Source of the DNA: a virus
Virus record (IMG/VR): IMGVR_UViG_2811995091_000048
Location: 1 to 26,239 of that record
Direction: 5' to 3' (one strand)
Length of the DNA stretch: 26,239 bases
Part shown: piece by piece, positions 8,443 to 17,989 of the stretch
Position numbering within the stretch: position 1 is the stretch's first letter
Layout: each line of letters opens with the position of its first letter
The notes under the pieces: generated by a model
The model's database searches: none
What the model saw: only the letters and a program-made list of their open reading frames with translations
Told to the model about the DNA's origin: nothing
Made by a program: the position numbers and the translations under genes

Positions 8443-9128
8443 ATGGATTAATATCGTTTAGTTTATATGGGGATGATCCGAGATATACAGAAAACTGTAT
8501 AAAAAATAAACCTCTTGCTGATAGGTACTATCCTGATTGGACTCTTCGGTTTTATCATGATAATACTGTTCCTGCCCACACTTTATCCATTTTAGAAGAT
8601 CAAGGTTGTGAATTAATTGACATGACAGAAAATGATATTCATGGTGTTGTTTGGAGATGTCTAGCAGTTGATGATGAAAATTATGATGCAGTTATTATTC
8701 GTGATGCAGATTCTCGCGTAAATTACAGAGAAGCACAAGCCGTAAAAGAATGGCTTAATAATGAAGAAACATTACATTCAATGCGTGACGCAAAAGAACA
8801 TAATATGCTGTTTCAAACCGGAATGTGGGGATGTAAACCCAAACAGAAGAAATTTTCAATGACAGAATGGTTGAATATTTCTGAACCTCTAAAGAAAAAA
8901 AATTATCAACACATAAGCGGATATACATGGGACGATCAATTGTTTTTGGGTATGTTGCTGGGTAACAAAGAAACTCATATAAATGATGTATTGGCACACG
9001 ATGATTGGTTGAGGCATACTGATAAGCAGAGAACTTTGCCTTTTCCAACCAATCCTAGACCCAGACAGCATGTTGGTTATGCTTTTTTAGATCCGACAGA
9101 AGAAAGTGAAAGGGATTCATCAGAATGA
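8439..9128 (+). CDS. putative GT-A-fold glycosyltransferase
   Basis: ISFSLYG...YYPDW.LRFY...WR.L....IIRDADSR...RE..AV.EWL...H.MRD...H....GMWG, with DxD-like DAD and DDQ.FL; ATGA-coupled to the upstream gene. Confidence 0.6.
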   Translation: MNGLISFSLYGDDPRYTENCIKNKPLADRYYPDWTLRFYHDNTVPAHTLSILEDQGCELIDMTENDIHGVVWRCLAVDDENYDAVIIRDADSRVNYREAQAVKEWLNNEETLHSMRDAKEHNMLFQTGMWGCKPKQKKFSMTEWLNISEPLKKKNYQHISGYTWDDQLFLGMLLGNKETHINDVLAHDDWLRHTDKQRTLPFPTNPRPRQHVGYAFLDPTEESERDSSE

Positions 9129-9889
9129 AAAAGAAATTATATATTTTACACCATTTAGGAATGGGAGATCATATTCATTGTAACGGAATGATAAGATACA
9201 TTAGAGAAACTTTAAATTTAGAATGGACAATTTCAGTATTTTCTTGGGAAAGAAATAGCAATAATGTTGAATATATGTTTCGTGATAACGAGAGTATAGA
9301 AATAATACCTCTTATTGATGATGTTGATGAAATATCTCAAGCGAATAATTATATCCAAAACGACGAACATGTAGAAGATTCTAGACTTTTATTGTTAGGA
9401 TTTAATCATTATTCTCAAATAAAAACAAAACATCCCGAGTATACATGCGATCAGTGTTTTTATGAGCAGATTGATGTTCCTTATAAATATCGTTTCGAAA
9501 AATTTTATTATGAAAGAGAATTCGAAGAAGAAAATAGAGTTTATGAAAAACTTGTTCCAAAAGGAAAAGAATATGTTTTTGTTCACGATAACCCACCAAA
9601 AGGTTATAACATAAACACAAATAAAATTGATTCTAAATATGAAATTGTAAAAAATGATATAAGTGAAAGTATTTTTCATTTTGCTAAGATATTAGAAAAT
9701 GCTTCTGAAATTCATTGTATCGAAAGTGCTTTTAGATGCTTTATTGAAGGATTAGATACTTCAAAAGCAAAGCATTATTTTCATCCAGCAAATACAGAAT
9801 TTGCAAAATTTGATAATAGCAACTTGGGAAGCGGAACTTCTAAGGAGTGGAATTATGTTGAGTATGGACAACCTTCTAATATGCTATAA
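9125..9889 (+). CDS. putative GT-B (GT9-like) glycosyltransferase
   Basis: N-terminal HHLGMGDHIHCNG (GxGD) and C-terminal ILENASEIHCIESAF resemble GT9-fold motifs; ATGA-coupled. Confidence 0.45.
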   Translation: MKKKLYILHHLGMGDHIHCNGMIRYIRETLNLEWTISVFSWERNSNNVEYMFRDNESIEIIPLIDDVDEISQANNYIQNDEHVEDSRLLLLGFNHYSQIKTKHPEYTCDQCFYEQIDVPYKYRFEKFYYEREFEEENRVYEKLVPKGKEYVFVHDNPPKGYNINTNKIDSKYEIVKNDISESIFHFAKILENASEIHCIESAFRCFIEGLDTSKAKHYFHPANTEFAKFDNSNLGSGTSKEWNYVEYGQPSNML

Positions 9890-10757
9890 CTCTTTACCTC
9901 TATTTGCAGATCATGTTTTAGATTATCCCCAAGAATATTACAAATTGCATGGCGTAGAAAGATTACACAATCACGAAGGTATTGATCCTTCTCAGATTAA
10001 AGAAAATGATGTAGTGTGTATAAAGACTGATTTTGTGGAGAATGGATATTTTTATAATGAAATATTTCCCGAAATTAAGAACAAGTTTAAACTTGTTACC
10101 ACAATATCTTCTTTACCGGGACCGATAGGGCAAGGAACAGACGAAATTCTTTCAAGTGAAAAATTGATTGCGTGGTATCCGTGTCATGTTAATCCCAAAT
10201 ACGGATATCATGAAAAGGTGTTTCCTGTTCCAATAGGATTTACTGAGCCTAGCAGGCAAAATGGAAATCAACATCTTTTACAAAAATGTAGAGAAGAAAA
10301 AACACAATTCGACGATAAGAAAAATAGTGTACTCTTACCTTATCACAATTTGAAGACTAATAAAATTAGAAGAGATTTAGTGAATTCAATTTTAAAGTCT
10401 GGTATAAAAATAGAAAGGCAGCAAGAGAAATTAGAAATAAAAGATTGCTTGAAGCAAATGGACAGGTACAAATATGTTGTTTGCTTAGAAGGTTCTGGTA
10501 TTGATACACATAGAGCATATGAATGTTTGTTAATGGATTGTGTTCCTATTATGAAGAAAACTCCATTGCATAGAATATTTGATGATTACAATCTTCCCGG
10601 TATTTTTATCGAATCGTGGGACGAAATAGATGAAAATTTTGTTGAAAGTATTGAGGAAAATCAATTCGATTTTTTAGGCATCGATGAATTTCTTCTCGCT
10701 AAGACTCATGGAGAAAGAATAATAAATGAACATAGTTCAAATGTCAGGTCTAGGTAA
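9855..10757 (+). CDS. exostosin-like (GT47) glycosyltransferase
   Basis: YKYVVCLEGSGIDTHRAYECLLMDCVPI matches the exostosin motif. ATG 9855 has AAGGAG at 9842-9847. Confidence 0.75.
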   Translation: MLSMDNLLICYNSLPLFADHVLDYPQEYYKLHGVERLHNHEGIDPSQIKENDVVCIKTDFVENGYFYNEIFPEIKNKFKLVTTISSLPGPIGQGTDEILSSEKLIAWYPCHVNPKYGYHEKVFPVPIGFTEPSRQNGNQHLLQKCREEKTQFDDKKNSVLLPYHNLKTNKIRRDLVNSILKSGIKIERQQEKLEIKDCLKQMDRYKYVVCLEGSGIDTHRAYECLLMDCVPIMKKTPLHRIFDDYNLPGIFIESWDEIDENFVESIEENQFDFLGIDEFLLAKTHGERIINEHSSNVRSR

Positions 10758-11460
10758 AATGGGAAGATTTGGAAATCAACTTTTTCAATATGCATTTGCC
10801 AAATCGTATGCAAAAAAATATAATTGCAATTTTGAAATACCTTCCGATTGGATAGGAAGAAATATCTTTGAAATAGACGATAGTTCTCTGAGCAGACAAT
10901 TACCAAAAACAGAAATAGATGATATTCCATTTGGTCAGGTAAACATAGATTTGACTGGATATTTTCAGCACCAAAAGTTTTTAGATATCATGAATCCAGA
11001 TGATGTTAGAAAATGGTTTACCTTTAAAAAGCAATGGAGAGATATTTTTAAAAAACCAAAAGATTTTTATGTTGCGGCACATCTCAGACATGGTGATTAT
11101 GTTAATGGAGAAAAATATTGTACTATATCAGAAGAATGCTATATTGAATCTTGTGTAAAGTTTGGGTATGAAAAGGAAGATGTTATTGTTGTTAGTGAAG
11201 AAAAAAGGCAACCAGAAGATTCCGGTAACATGGATTTTTTGTATGATTTTTTTGTCTTAACAGAAGCAGATGTTTTGTTTCGTTCAAACTCAACATTTGG
11301 TTGGTGGGCAGGATTTTTAGGAAATCAAAAGATTGTATATTCACCCGATGTTCAGGGAAAAGCAGGGCAACATATGATTGATGTTGATTTTGTTGAGGGA
11401 AATTATCCTTGTCATATGGAGATAGATAATAGACACAGTGATTTATATTTTGGAGAATGA
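10726..11460 (+). CDS. GT11 alpha-1,2-fucosyltransferase-like protein
   Basis: GRFGNQLFQYA, GYFQ, HLRHGDY, NSTFGWWAGFLG: all hallmark GT11 motifs. Confidence 0.88.
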   Translation: MNIVQMSGLGKMGRFGNQLFQYAFAKSYAKKYNCNFEIPSDWIGRNIFEIDDSSLSRQLPKTEIDDIPFGQVNIDLTGYFQHQKFLDIMNPDDVRKWFTFKKQWRDIFKKPKDFYVAAHLRHGDYVNGEKYCTISEECYIESCVKFGYEKEDVIVVSEEKRQPEDSGNMDFLYDFFVLTEADVLFRSNSTFGWWAGFLGNQKIVYSPDVQGKAGQHMIDVDFVEGNYPCHMEIDNRHSDLYFGE

Positions 11461-11463
11461 GAA

Positions 11464-11844
11464 ATGAAAGTGGAAGTATCAAATGGCGAAGTGGTTGACA
11501 AGATAACAATCTTGAAAATAAAACTTGAAAAGATTGATGATCCTGTTAAAATAAAAAATATTAAGAAAGAACATGATATACTTGAACCATTGGTAGAATC
11601 ATTTTCTCCTGCGTTCTCAATTCGTGAAGATATTCAAGATCTTTATGAAACAAATTTACAACTATGGGACATAGAAGATAGTATAAGAGAAAAAGAGAGG
11701 ATTCAAGAATTTGATGATGAGTTTATTTCTCTTGCAAGATCTGTTTATCGTATGAATGATAAAAGAGCAAAGATAAAGAAAGACATAAATGAAAAGACTT
11801 TTTCTCACCTGATAGAGGAAAAGAGTTACCAGAAATGGAATTGA
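11464..11844 (+). CDS. DUF6165-family protein
   Basis: VEVSNGEVVDKITILKIK...LYETNLQLWDIEDSIR...FISLARSVY..ND.RA.IK..IN....S.LIEEKSY pattern. Confidence 0.75.
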   Translation: MKVEVSNGEVVDKITILKIKLEKIDDPVKIKNIKKEHDILEPLVESFSPAFSIREDIQDLYETNLQLWDIEDSIREKERIQEFDDEFISLARSVYRMNDKRAKIKKDINEKTFSHLIEEKSYQKWN

Positions 11845-11847
11845 ATT

Positions 11848-12630
11848 ATGGCTGATCCTGATTTTGTTAGTAGTGTTTCTAATTTCAAAGATATGATTCA
11901 ACTCTTTAAAGAAAGAGATGTTTTTGGAGATGAATCTTTGAATGTTTTTATTAATCTTTTAAAGGACAAAATCCCATTTGCAATAACAAGAGTAAATGAT
12001 GGAGAAATGAGTTCATTTGTTCGTTCCCAAGGGCAGAGATTTGGAAGAACACAACATACTATAATCACACAAAAATTGATTGATAATCTTACAGAAGTTT
12101 TAAGCCACAGACAACACAATTATTGGACAGGAATTGTGTGTCATGAATGTTTTCCTGATTTGTATCGAATAGCGAAGGATATTGTAGGAGACTATGAACA
12201 TGTAACTAGAGCGGTGGTTTTTACTAACAGAAACTGGGCGAAATTTGTTTCCGAGTTTGGCAATTTGGTTTCAGACAGGAACATAAAATGGATAGGTAGT
12301 GAAGATCAAAATTTAAGTATGCTAGAAAAAATTTATGATATAGAAAAAATACAAACTCCAATAAAACTCCCACAGATTAATGCTTGGGAACTGTATGATA
12401 AACTCAAAGATAAAGTAGATATGTTTGATGAAGGAGATCTGGTTTGTTTAAGTTGTGGTCCAGTTTCTAGAGTTTTAATTAAAGATTGGTTTAAACAAAG
12501 ACCCGATATTACTTTTATGGGAGTAGGTTCAACCTTTGATCCTATGACAAGAAATGTTTGGCACGCTTGTCACAGAGGTTGGTTGAGAACAGGATTTAAT
12601 GAAACCAAAAAATGTTCGGGGTGCAACTGA
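11848..12630 (+). CDS. GT-D fold (DUF1792-like) glycosyltransferase
   Basis: FAITRVNDGE (cf. RFGDGE) and LSCGPVSRVL...MGVGSTFD (cf. SLGPTAKVL...IDIG). Confidence 0.6.
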   Translation: MADPDFVSSVSNFKDMIQLFKERDVFGDESLNVFINLLKDKIPFAITRVNDGEMSSFVRSQGQRFGRTQHTIITQKLIDNLTEVLSHRQHNYWTGIVCHECFPDLYRIAKDIVGDYEHVTRAVVFTNRNWAKFVSEFGNLVSDRNIKWIGSEDQNLSMLEKIYDIEKIQTPIKLPQINAWELYDKLKDKVDMFDEGDLVCLSCGPVSRVLIKDWFKQRPDITFMGVGSTFDPMTRNVWHACHRGWLRTGFNETKKCSGCN

Positions 12631-13067
12631 TGAATAGAGAAATAGTAGGGTTCACAGCCGGTAATTTTGATTTATTGCATCCGGGGTATATCTACACCTT
12701 TGAAGAGGCAAAACGGCACTGTGATAAGTTCATTGTTTTTCTTCAAAAGGATCCTTCCACAGGTCGTCACACAAAATATAAGCCAGTCATATCATATTAC
12801 GAAAGGTATAAGGTTCTAATGTCGATCAGATATATTGATGCGGTTTATATGTATCAAACCGAAGAAGAATTATATGATTTGATCAAATTCTTTAAGCCAG
12901 ATATAAGAATCTTGGGCGAAGATTATATCGGCAAATCATTCACTGGCGATGATCTGCCCCCAAAGGTAATTTACACGACTAGATGCCATGAGTGGTCAAC
13001 AACGAAACTCAAAGATCTAATTACTATTCAAACTATTAAACAGAACCCCGGAATCATAGACCAATGA
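12630..13067 (+). CDS. cytidylyltransferase/adenylyltransferase (TagD/RfaE-II-like, HIGH superfamily)
   Basis: GFTAGNFDLLHPGY, KPV...ER..VL.SIRYID.V, LGEDY.GK.FTG, STTKLK; ATG 12630 overlaps the upstream stop (TGATG). Confidence 0.85.
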   Translation: MNREIVGFTAGNFDLLHPGYIYTFEEAKRHCDKFIVFLQKDPSTGRHTKYKPVISYYERYKVLMSIRYIDAVYMYQTEEELYDLIKFFKPDIRILGEDYIGKSFTGDDLPPKVIYTTRCHEWSTTKLKDLITIQTIKQNPGIIDQ

Positions 13068-13978
13068 ATTTATTAATTACAGGATGCGCCGGATTTATTG
13101 GTAGTCATGTTACTGAAGAATTTATTAATTCTGGATACAAAGTAATAGGTGTTGATAAATTAACTTATGCAGGAAAAATAGAAAATTTAAATTCTGTAAT
13201 TAATCACCCCAATTTTTCTTTGATGCAGTTGTGTATTAACACAACACCTGTATTGAAATTTTTAATAGAACAAAATAAAATTGATTGGGTTATTCATTTG
13301 GCAGCAGAAACGCATGTTGACAATTCAATAGAGTCTAGTGATGTTTTTATGAAAACAAATATTTTAGGAACTAAATCAATAATTGGCTGCTGCTATGCAA
13401 CCGGAACTAAATTGCTTCATTTTTCTACTGATGAAGTTTATGGTCCAGCATACAACAAAACTTTCATAGAAAGAAGTAAACTCAACCCAACAAATCCTTA
13501 TTCTGCGAGCAAAGCAGCAGCAGAACACTTAGTTACATCTTATGCGAATACATATGGATTAGGATATATCATAGTTCGTCCTTCAAATAATTTTGGACCC
13601 AGACAACACGATGAAAAGTTTTTACCCACAATTTTGAGGAAATTGAAGTTAGATGAAAAAATTCCTGTATATGGCGATGGTCAACAAGAACGAGAATGGA
13701 TGTATGTAAAAGAGACTGCTAAGGCTACTCGGTTTATTTTAGAAAATTCTTCCATGAATGAAACATATAATGTTTCCTCTAAGTTTCATTTAAAAAATAT
13801 TGAAGTGGTAGAAAGGGTATGTAAACTTATGGATAAGAATCTAGAGGAATGTATAGAATATGTTGAGGATAGACCGGGACATGATTTTAATTATTCAATT
13901 AATCCTAATAAGATGAATAAATTAGGATATAATGTACATAATGATTTTGATGGTTATGTTAAGGAATTGATAGTATGA
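13064..13978 (+). CDS. rmlB: dTDP-glucose 4,6-dehydratase (RmlB/RfbB-like)
   Basis: GCAGFIG, DKLTYAG, AAETHVD.SI, STDEVYG, PYSASKA, SNNFGPRQH.EKF.P, DRPGHD. Confidence 0.92.
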   Translation: MNLLITGCAGFIGSHVTEEFINSGYKVIGVDKLTYAGKIENLNSVINHPNFSLMQLCINTTPVLKFLIEQNKIDWVIHLAAETHVDNSIESSDVFMKTNILGTKSIIGCCYATGTKLLHFSTDEVYGPAYNKTFIERSKLNPTNPYSASKAAAEHLVTSYANTYGLGYIIVRPSNNFGPRQHDEKFLPTILRKLKLDEKIPVYGDGQQEREWMYVKETAKATRFILENSSMNETYNVSSKFHLKNIEVVERVCKLMDKNLEECIEYVEDRPGHDFNYSINPNKMNKLGYNVHNDFDGYVKELIV

Positions 13979-14832
13979 GCAGAGGTGTGATATATTGTAT
14001 GGATGGTAAGAATGAAAATACTGTTGGCAGTACTACAGAAGATTTTTTTTTAAAAGAAACTCTAATATCGGCAGAAAGTCTAAAGAAAAATAATCCAGAA
14101 TTACCAGTGACAATTTTTTCTAATGTGCATCAAGACATCTTAAAAAAATCCTCATTCTTTGACAACATCCTACCTTGTACAGAAAAGAAAGGTAACAGGA
14201 AATTCATAAATAAGATAGCATCATGCATAAACAGCCCTTATGATGAAACTTTATTTTTAGATGGTGATACTCTTGTGTTGGTAAATTTCCAAGATGTTTT
14301 AACCTATGGATATGACAAACACAGTGATAGAGGAAATATATTTGACATCCTTAGAAATTTTGATATGGCTTTTTGTTTGGAAAGTTTGGGTTGTGCAAAG
14401 GCGATGAGTCATTTCAGTATTCCTGATACTTTTTCTAGATTCAACACTGGTGTTCTTTTGTGGAAAAATAACGAAACGACACAGAATTTATTCAGGGATT
14501 GGTTTGTAAATTATCGTGATTCTATAAATTTTGATCCTAGCAAAAATGATCAGTGGCAATTTAGAATGTCTATATGGAACAGTAGGGTTAGATTTTGCAT
14601 TTTAGATCATGCATATAACCAAAGATTTTATACAGAAGCAGGTTCATGCGGTAATGGAGATCATGTTGTAAAGAAACCTTTTTATTATCATTATCCTAAT
14701 GATTTTGATTTATTTTGGGAACATGTAAAAAGAATGAACAACACAAATCCGTTTAAAATTGTTCATGATAGATTGCTAATACACAATAAAGAAAAGTGGT
14801 GTGGTAGGAGAAATTATGAGAGGCGGATTTAA
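13975..14832 (+). CDS. GT-A glycosyltransferase (GT8-like)
   Basis: SLKKNNPELPVTIFS, SPYDETLFLDGD (DxD), FNTGVLLWK, DQWQFR; ATGA-coupled to rmlB. Confidence 0.65.
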   Translation: MSRGVIYCMDGKNENTVGSTTEDFFLKETLISAESLKKNNPELPVTIFSNVHQDILKKSSFFDNILPCTEKKGNRKFINKIASCINSPYDETLFLDGDTLVLVNFQDVLTYGYDKHSDRGNIFDILRNFDMAFCLESLGCAKAMSHFSIPDTFSRFNTGVLLWKNNETTQNLFRDWFVNYRDSINFDPSKNDQWQFRMSIWNSRVRFCILDHAYNQRFYTEAGSCGNGDHVVKKPFYYHYPNDFDLFWEHVKRMNNTNPFKIVHDRLLIHNKEKWCGRRNYERRI

Positions 14833-15418
14833 AATAATAAATCAATTTGAGGAAATGGTAGCAAAATATACAGGCTCTCCTTTTGCTGTCGCAACAGATA
14901 GTTGCACTAGTTCTTTATTTCTTTCCTGTGTTTATAATGAAGTAGATGAAGTTACAATTCCTTCGAACACATATGTTTCCGTACCAAATTCTATTATACA
15001 TGCAGGAGGGAAAGTCATATTTGAGGATTTGGCATGGAGGGGAATATATCAATTAAAACCATATCCAATTTATGATGCTGCAAAGAGATTGACAAGCAAA
15101 ATGTATATTCCAAAATCTTTCATGTGCCTTTCGTTTCATGCTAAAAAAATATTATCAATAGGAAGAGGTGGTATGATTTTAACAGATGATGAAAAAGCAG
15201 TTGAGTGGTTTAAAAGAGCAAGACATGACGGAAGAACCGAGGGGGTAAAATTAAACGAAGAACAATTTCGATCAATTGGCTGGAATTGTTACATGACACC
15301 AGAACAGGCTGCTAGGGGAATACAATTATTGTCTTTGCACCCAGAGAATAAAGAAGATCTTCCGATAGAAAATTATGGAGATTTGAGCAAGTTTAAATAT
15401 GTATGGGAAAGGAAATAA
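14816..15418 (+). CDS. short DegT/DnrJ/EryC1/StrS-family PLP aminotransferase (200 aa)
   Basis: FEE.VA.Y.G...AVA.DSCTSSL, VTIPS.TY.SV...I..AGG, YDAA, SFHAKK (PLP lysine), GRGGMILTDD. ATG 14816 has AGGAG at 14806-14810. Confidence 0.85.
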   Translation: MRGGFKIINQFEEMVAKYTGSPFAVATDSCTSSLFLSCVYNEVDEVTIPSNTYVSVPNSIIHAGGKVIFEDLAWRGIYQLKPYPIYDAAKRLTSKMYIPKSFMCLSFHAKKILSIGRGGMILTDDEKAVEWFKRARHDGRTEGVKLNEEQFRSIGWNCYMTPEQAARGIQLLSLHPENKEDLPIENYGDLSKFKYVWERK

Positions 15419-15421
15419 AAA

Positions 15422-16402
15422 ATGAGAGTAGGATTAATAATGCCTCCCAACGAAAGTGGGAGTAGATGGAAATCTTATGAGGTAAGAGAAGGTATTCCTT
15501 ATTTGTATGGAACAAACGAACCATACACGGGAGGGTCACAAGACAGCGTAGATTCCCACATATTCAGAAATATATGGAATCGTCCTTTTATTGGAGATGG
15601 TTGTTTTATTAATCCATCTGAGGGATTTCCCGATGAAGATTTTGATGTTATATTTTTGGTGAATGAATCACAGAGCGATCCTTCAGACTTCGTGAACAGT
15701 ATAAAAAGAAAGTATCCACTTCCTATTCTTATTGGGACTACTAAAGAGGCGATACCCGGATTGAAGAAAAACACAGGACAGGGTGTGCATGTGGGGTTAG
15801 GTTATCTTGGCAATTTTTATAAAATGTGTGATACTGCTGCTATACAATTTGATCAGACAGTTTGTGATAAGTTATCTGAGGAAATAGGAATGAAGATATA
15901 TTCTCTTCCTATGAATTATAAAATAGAAGAAATTCGAAAAAAATATAAAACAGATTCACCACCATCAAGAAAGATACTAGCAGGAACAACAGATTGGGCA
16001 GACAGAGGATATGGAAAATGTTTAGAATTTTGTAATTACTTAGCAAATAAGTATGATTATACTGTGGTAGAAAATGTAGGAAATAGAAGTTGGGACGAGT
16101 GGCTAAAAATCATAGACGATGTTGACTTTGTTGTAAATACAGATACCCAACATAGATTAGGACAATTAACTATAGAATGTATTGCTTTGGGAACTCCCCA
16201 TATAGGAGGATTGTCGGATACTGTTTTAAACATGATTCCAGAATGGGCAACAAATGATACTGAAAAATTAGAAGAAATATTTTTACATGTCAAAGACAAT
16301 GGATATGAAAAATCTGAAGAACACTATAAAGAATTAGTCTCTAGATATAGTTTTCAGAGTGTAGAAAATCAACTCGCAGAAATATTGAAGGAAATATCAT
16401 GA
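15422..16402 (+). CDS. GT-B glycosyltransferase (GT4-like)
   Basis: C-terminal IIDDVDFVVN...LGQLTIECIALGTPHIGG resembles the GT4 donor-binding motif; ends RYSFQSVENQL. Confidence 0.6.
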   Translation: MRVGLIMPPNESGSRWKSYEVREGIPYLYGTNEPYTGGSQDSVDSHIFRNIWNRPFIGDGCFINPSEGFPDEDFDVIFLVNESQSDPSDFVNSIKRKYPLPILIGTTKEAIPGLKKNTGQGVHVGLGYLGNFYKMCDTAAIQFDQTVCDKLSEEIGMKIYSLPMNYKIEEIRKKYKTDSPPSRKILAGTTDWADRGYGKCLEFCNYLANKYDYTVVENVGNRSWDEWLKIIDDVDFVVNTDTQHRLGQLTIECIALGTPHIGGLSDTVLNMIPEWATNDTEKLEEIFLHVKDNGYEKSEEHYKELVSRYSFQSVENQLAEILKEIS

Positions 16403-17394
16403 ATGTATTAATTACTGGTGTAGCAGGACTTTTTGGAAGCAGGTTAGCAGATTTTCTTATAGAAAAAACTGAAAGTAATGTTATTGGTATAGATGATTTA
16501 AGCGGGGGTTATGAAACAAATGTAAACTCCAAGGTAAATTTCTTTAATATCGAATTGTCTTCAGAGGTAGATAAACTGAATGATATTTTTGAAAAGCATA
16601 AACCCGATTATGTTTATCATTTTGCTGCTTATGCTGCTGAAGGGCTAAGTCCCTTTATAAGAAATTTTAATTATACTAACAATTTAATATCAACTGCAAA
16701 TATAGTTAATAATTGCATCATTCATGATGTTAAGCGTCTTGTTTTCGCTTCCAGTATAGCAGTTTATGGCGAAAATGAAACTCCATTTTTGGAGTCAATG
16801 GACAGGAAACCTATAGATCCGTATGGTGTAGCAAAAGCAGCATGTGAAATGGATATCGAGATCTCTGGAGAACAACACGGTTTGGATTGGTGTATTCTTC
16901 GTCCACATAATGTTTATGGGAAAAAACAGAATATATGGGACAGGTATAGGAATGTTTTAGGAATATGGATGTATAATTATTTAAATAATGAACCCCTTAC
17001 TATTTTCGGGGACGGAGAACAAACAAGAGCATTCAGTCACATAGATGATTGTTTACTTCCTTTTTGGAAAGCAGCAACTGATGAAAGAGCAAGTAAACAA
17101 ATAATAAATGTAGGTGGGCTAAAAGAATGTACTGTTAACAAAGCATGTGATATTTTAATTGATGTTATGGGTGGAGGAGAAAAACAATACTTAGAGGAAA
17201 GGCATGAAGTTAAACATGCTTTCTCCGATTATCAAAAGTCTGTTTCGATTTTGGATTATGAGGATACTACTTCCTTGAAAGAGGGAATACAAGATATGTG
17301 GGATTGGGCAAAATATCAACCTATGAGAGATCGTCCTGTGATGAATTACGAGATAGAAAAGGGAATGTATTCTTTTTGGAAGCAAGGTGATTAA
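16399..17394 (+). CDS. NAD-dependent epimerase/dehydratase (extended SDR)
   Basis: GVAGLFG, IDDLSGG, HFAAYAAEGLS, ASSIAVYG, YGVAK (YxxxK), RPHNVYG, GDGEQTRAFSHIDD. Confidence 0.9.
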   Translation: MNVLITGVAGLFGSRLADFLIEKTESNVIGIDDLSGGYETNVNSKVNFFNIELSSEVDKLNDIFEKHKPDYVYHFAAYAAEGLSPFIRNFNYTNNLISTANIVNNCIIHDVKRLVFASSIAVYGENETPFLESMDRKPIDPYGVAKAACEMDIEISGEQHGLDWCILRPHNVYGKKQNIWDRYRNVLGIWMYNYLNNEPLTIFGDGEQTRAFSHIDDCLLPFWKAATDERASKQIINVGGLKECTVNKACDILIDVMGGGEKQYLEERHEVKHAFSDYQKSVSILDYEDTTSLKEGIQDMWDWAKYQPMRDRPVMNYEIEKGMYSFWKQGD

Positions 17395-17989
17395 CATAGG
17401 TTCAAAAGAAAAACAAGACAGATTCGCTTATCTTTTATGTGGAAACCAAGGGGTATTCTTAGATTTAGGTTCTAGAGAGCCTTTTGTAGGAAATAATACA
17501 ATTTTTCTTGAATCTCTTGGGTGGACAGGTTTTTTGTTTGAGATTGAACATGAATTTGTAGAGCAGTCTAAGGAAGAAAGAAAATCTCTTGCTTATTGTG
17601 TTGATGTGACTACGCCTGAATTTATTGAGACTTTAAAAAATGATGCAGGTGTGATCAACTTTGACTATATTTCAGTGGATGTTGATGATAGCGGACTTGA
17701 TGCTCTTTCTAATCTTTTGGAAAATGGTTTTACCTTTAAGTGTATGACATTTGAACACGATTACCATAAAGATGGGGACATAATACGAAAACCCTCAAGA
17801 GAAATATTAGAGAGATATGGTTATGTTATGCTTTTTGAAGATGTAAACAATAATATGAATCATCCAAGCAGTTGGGAAGATTGGTGGATTAATCCTAAAC
17901 AATTTCCAGATGTTTTACTAGATTATAAACTAAGCAATAAACACTATTCCATATGTATAATGAAACTGGAGGAATACAAAAATGATTAA
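17387..17989 (+). CDS. second FkbM-like methyltransferase
   Basis: FLDLGS...NNT.FLE.LGWTG...DYISVDVD...MTFEHD...GY...FEDV...EDWW; GTG start overlapping the upstream gene. Confidence 0.7.
   Translation: MINIGSKEKQDRFAYLLCGNQGVFLDLGSREPFVGNNTIFLESLGWTGFLFEIEHEFVEQSKEERKSLAYCVDVTTPEFIETLKNDAGVINFDYISVDVDDSGLDALSNLLENGFTFKCMTFEHDYHKDGDIIRKPSREILERYGYVMLFEDVNNNMNHPSSWEDWWINPKQFPDVLLDYKLSNKHYSICIMKLEEYKND

Noticed and set aside
9482-9489. TATAAATA inside ORF 9125 (also 24019-24026 inside GT2-TPR)
   Set aside because: Intragenic; several chance copies are expected in 26 kb at this AT content, and nothing else supports them.
12630-13067. Slightly higher GC in the cytidylyltransferase (hand count 132/360 nt) than in adjacent rmlB (71/240 nt); gp46 also looks higher
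   Set aside because: The difference is under about 2 standard errors on small hand-counted samples; a GC3 or codon-usage computation is needed before claiming recent transfer.
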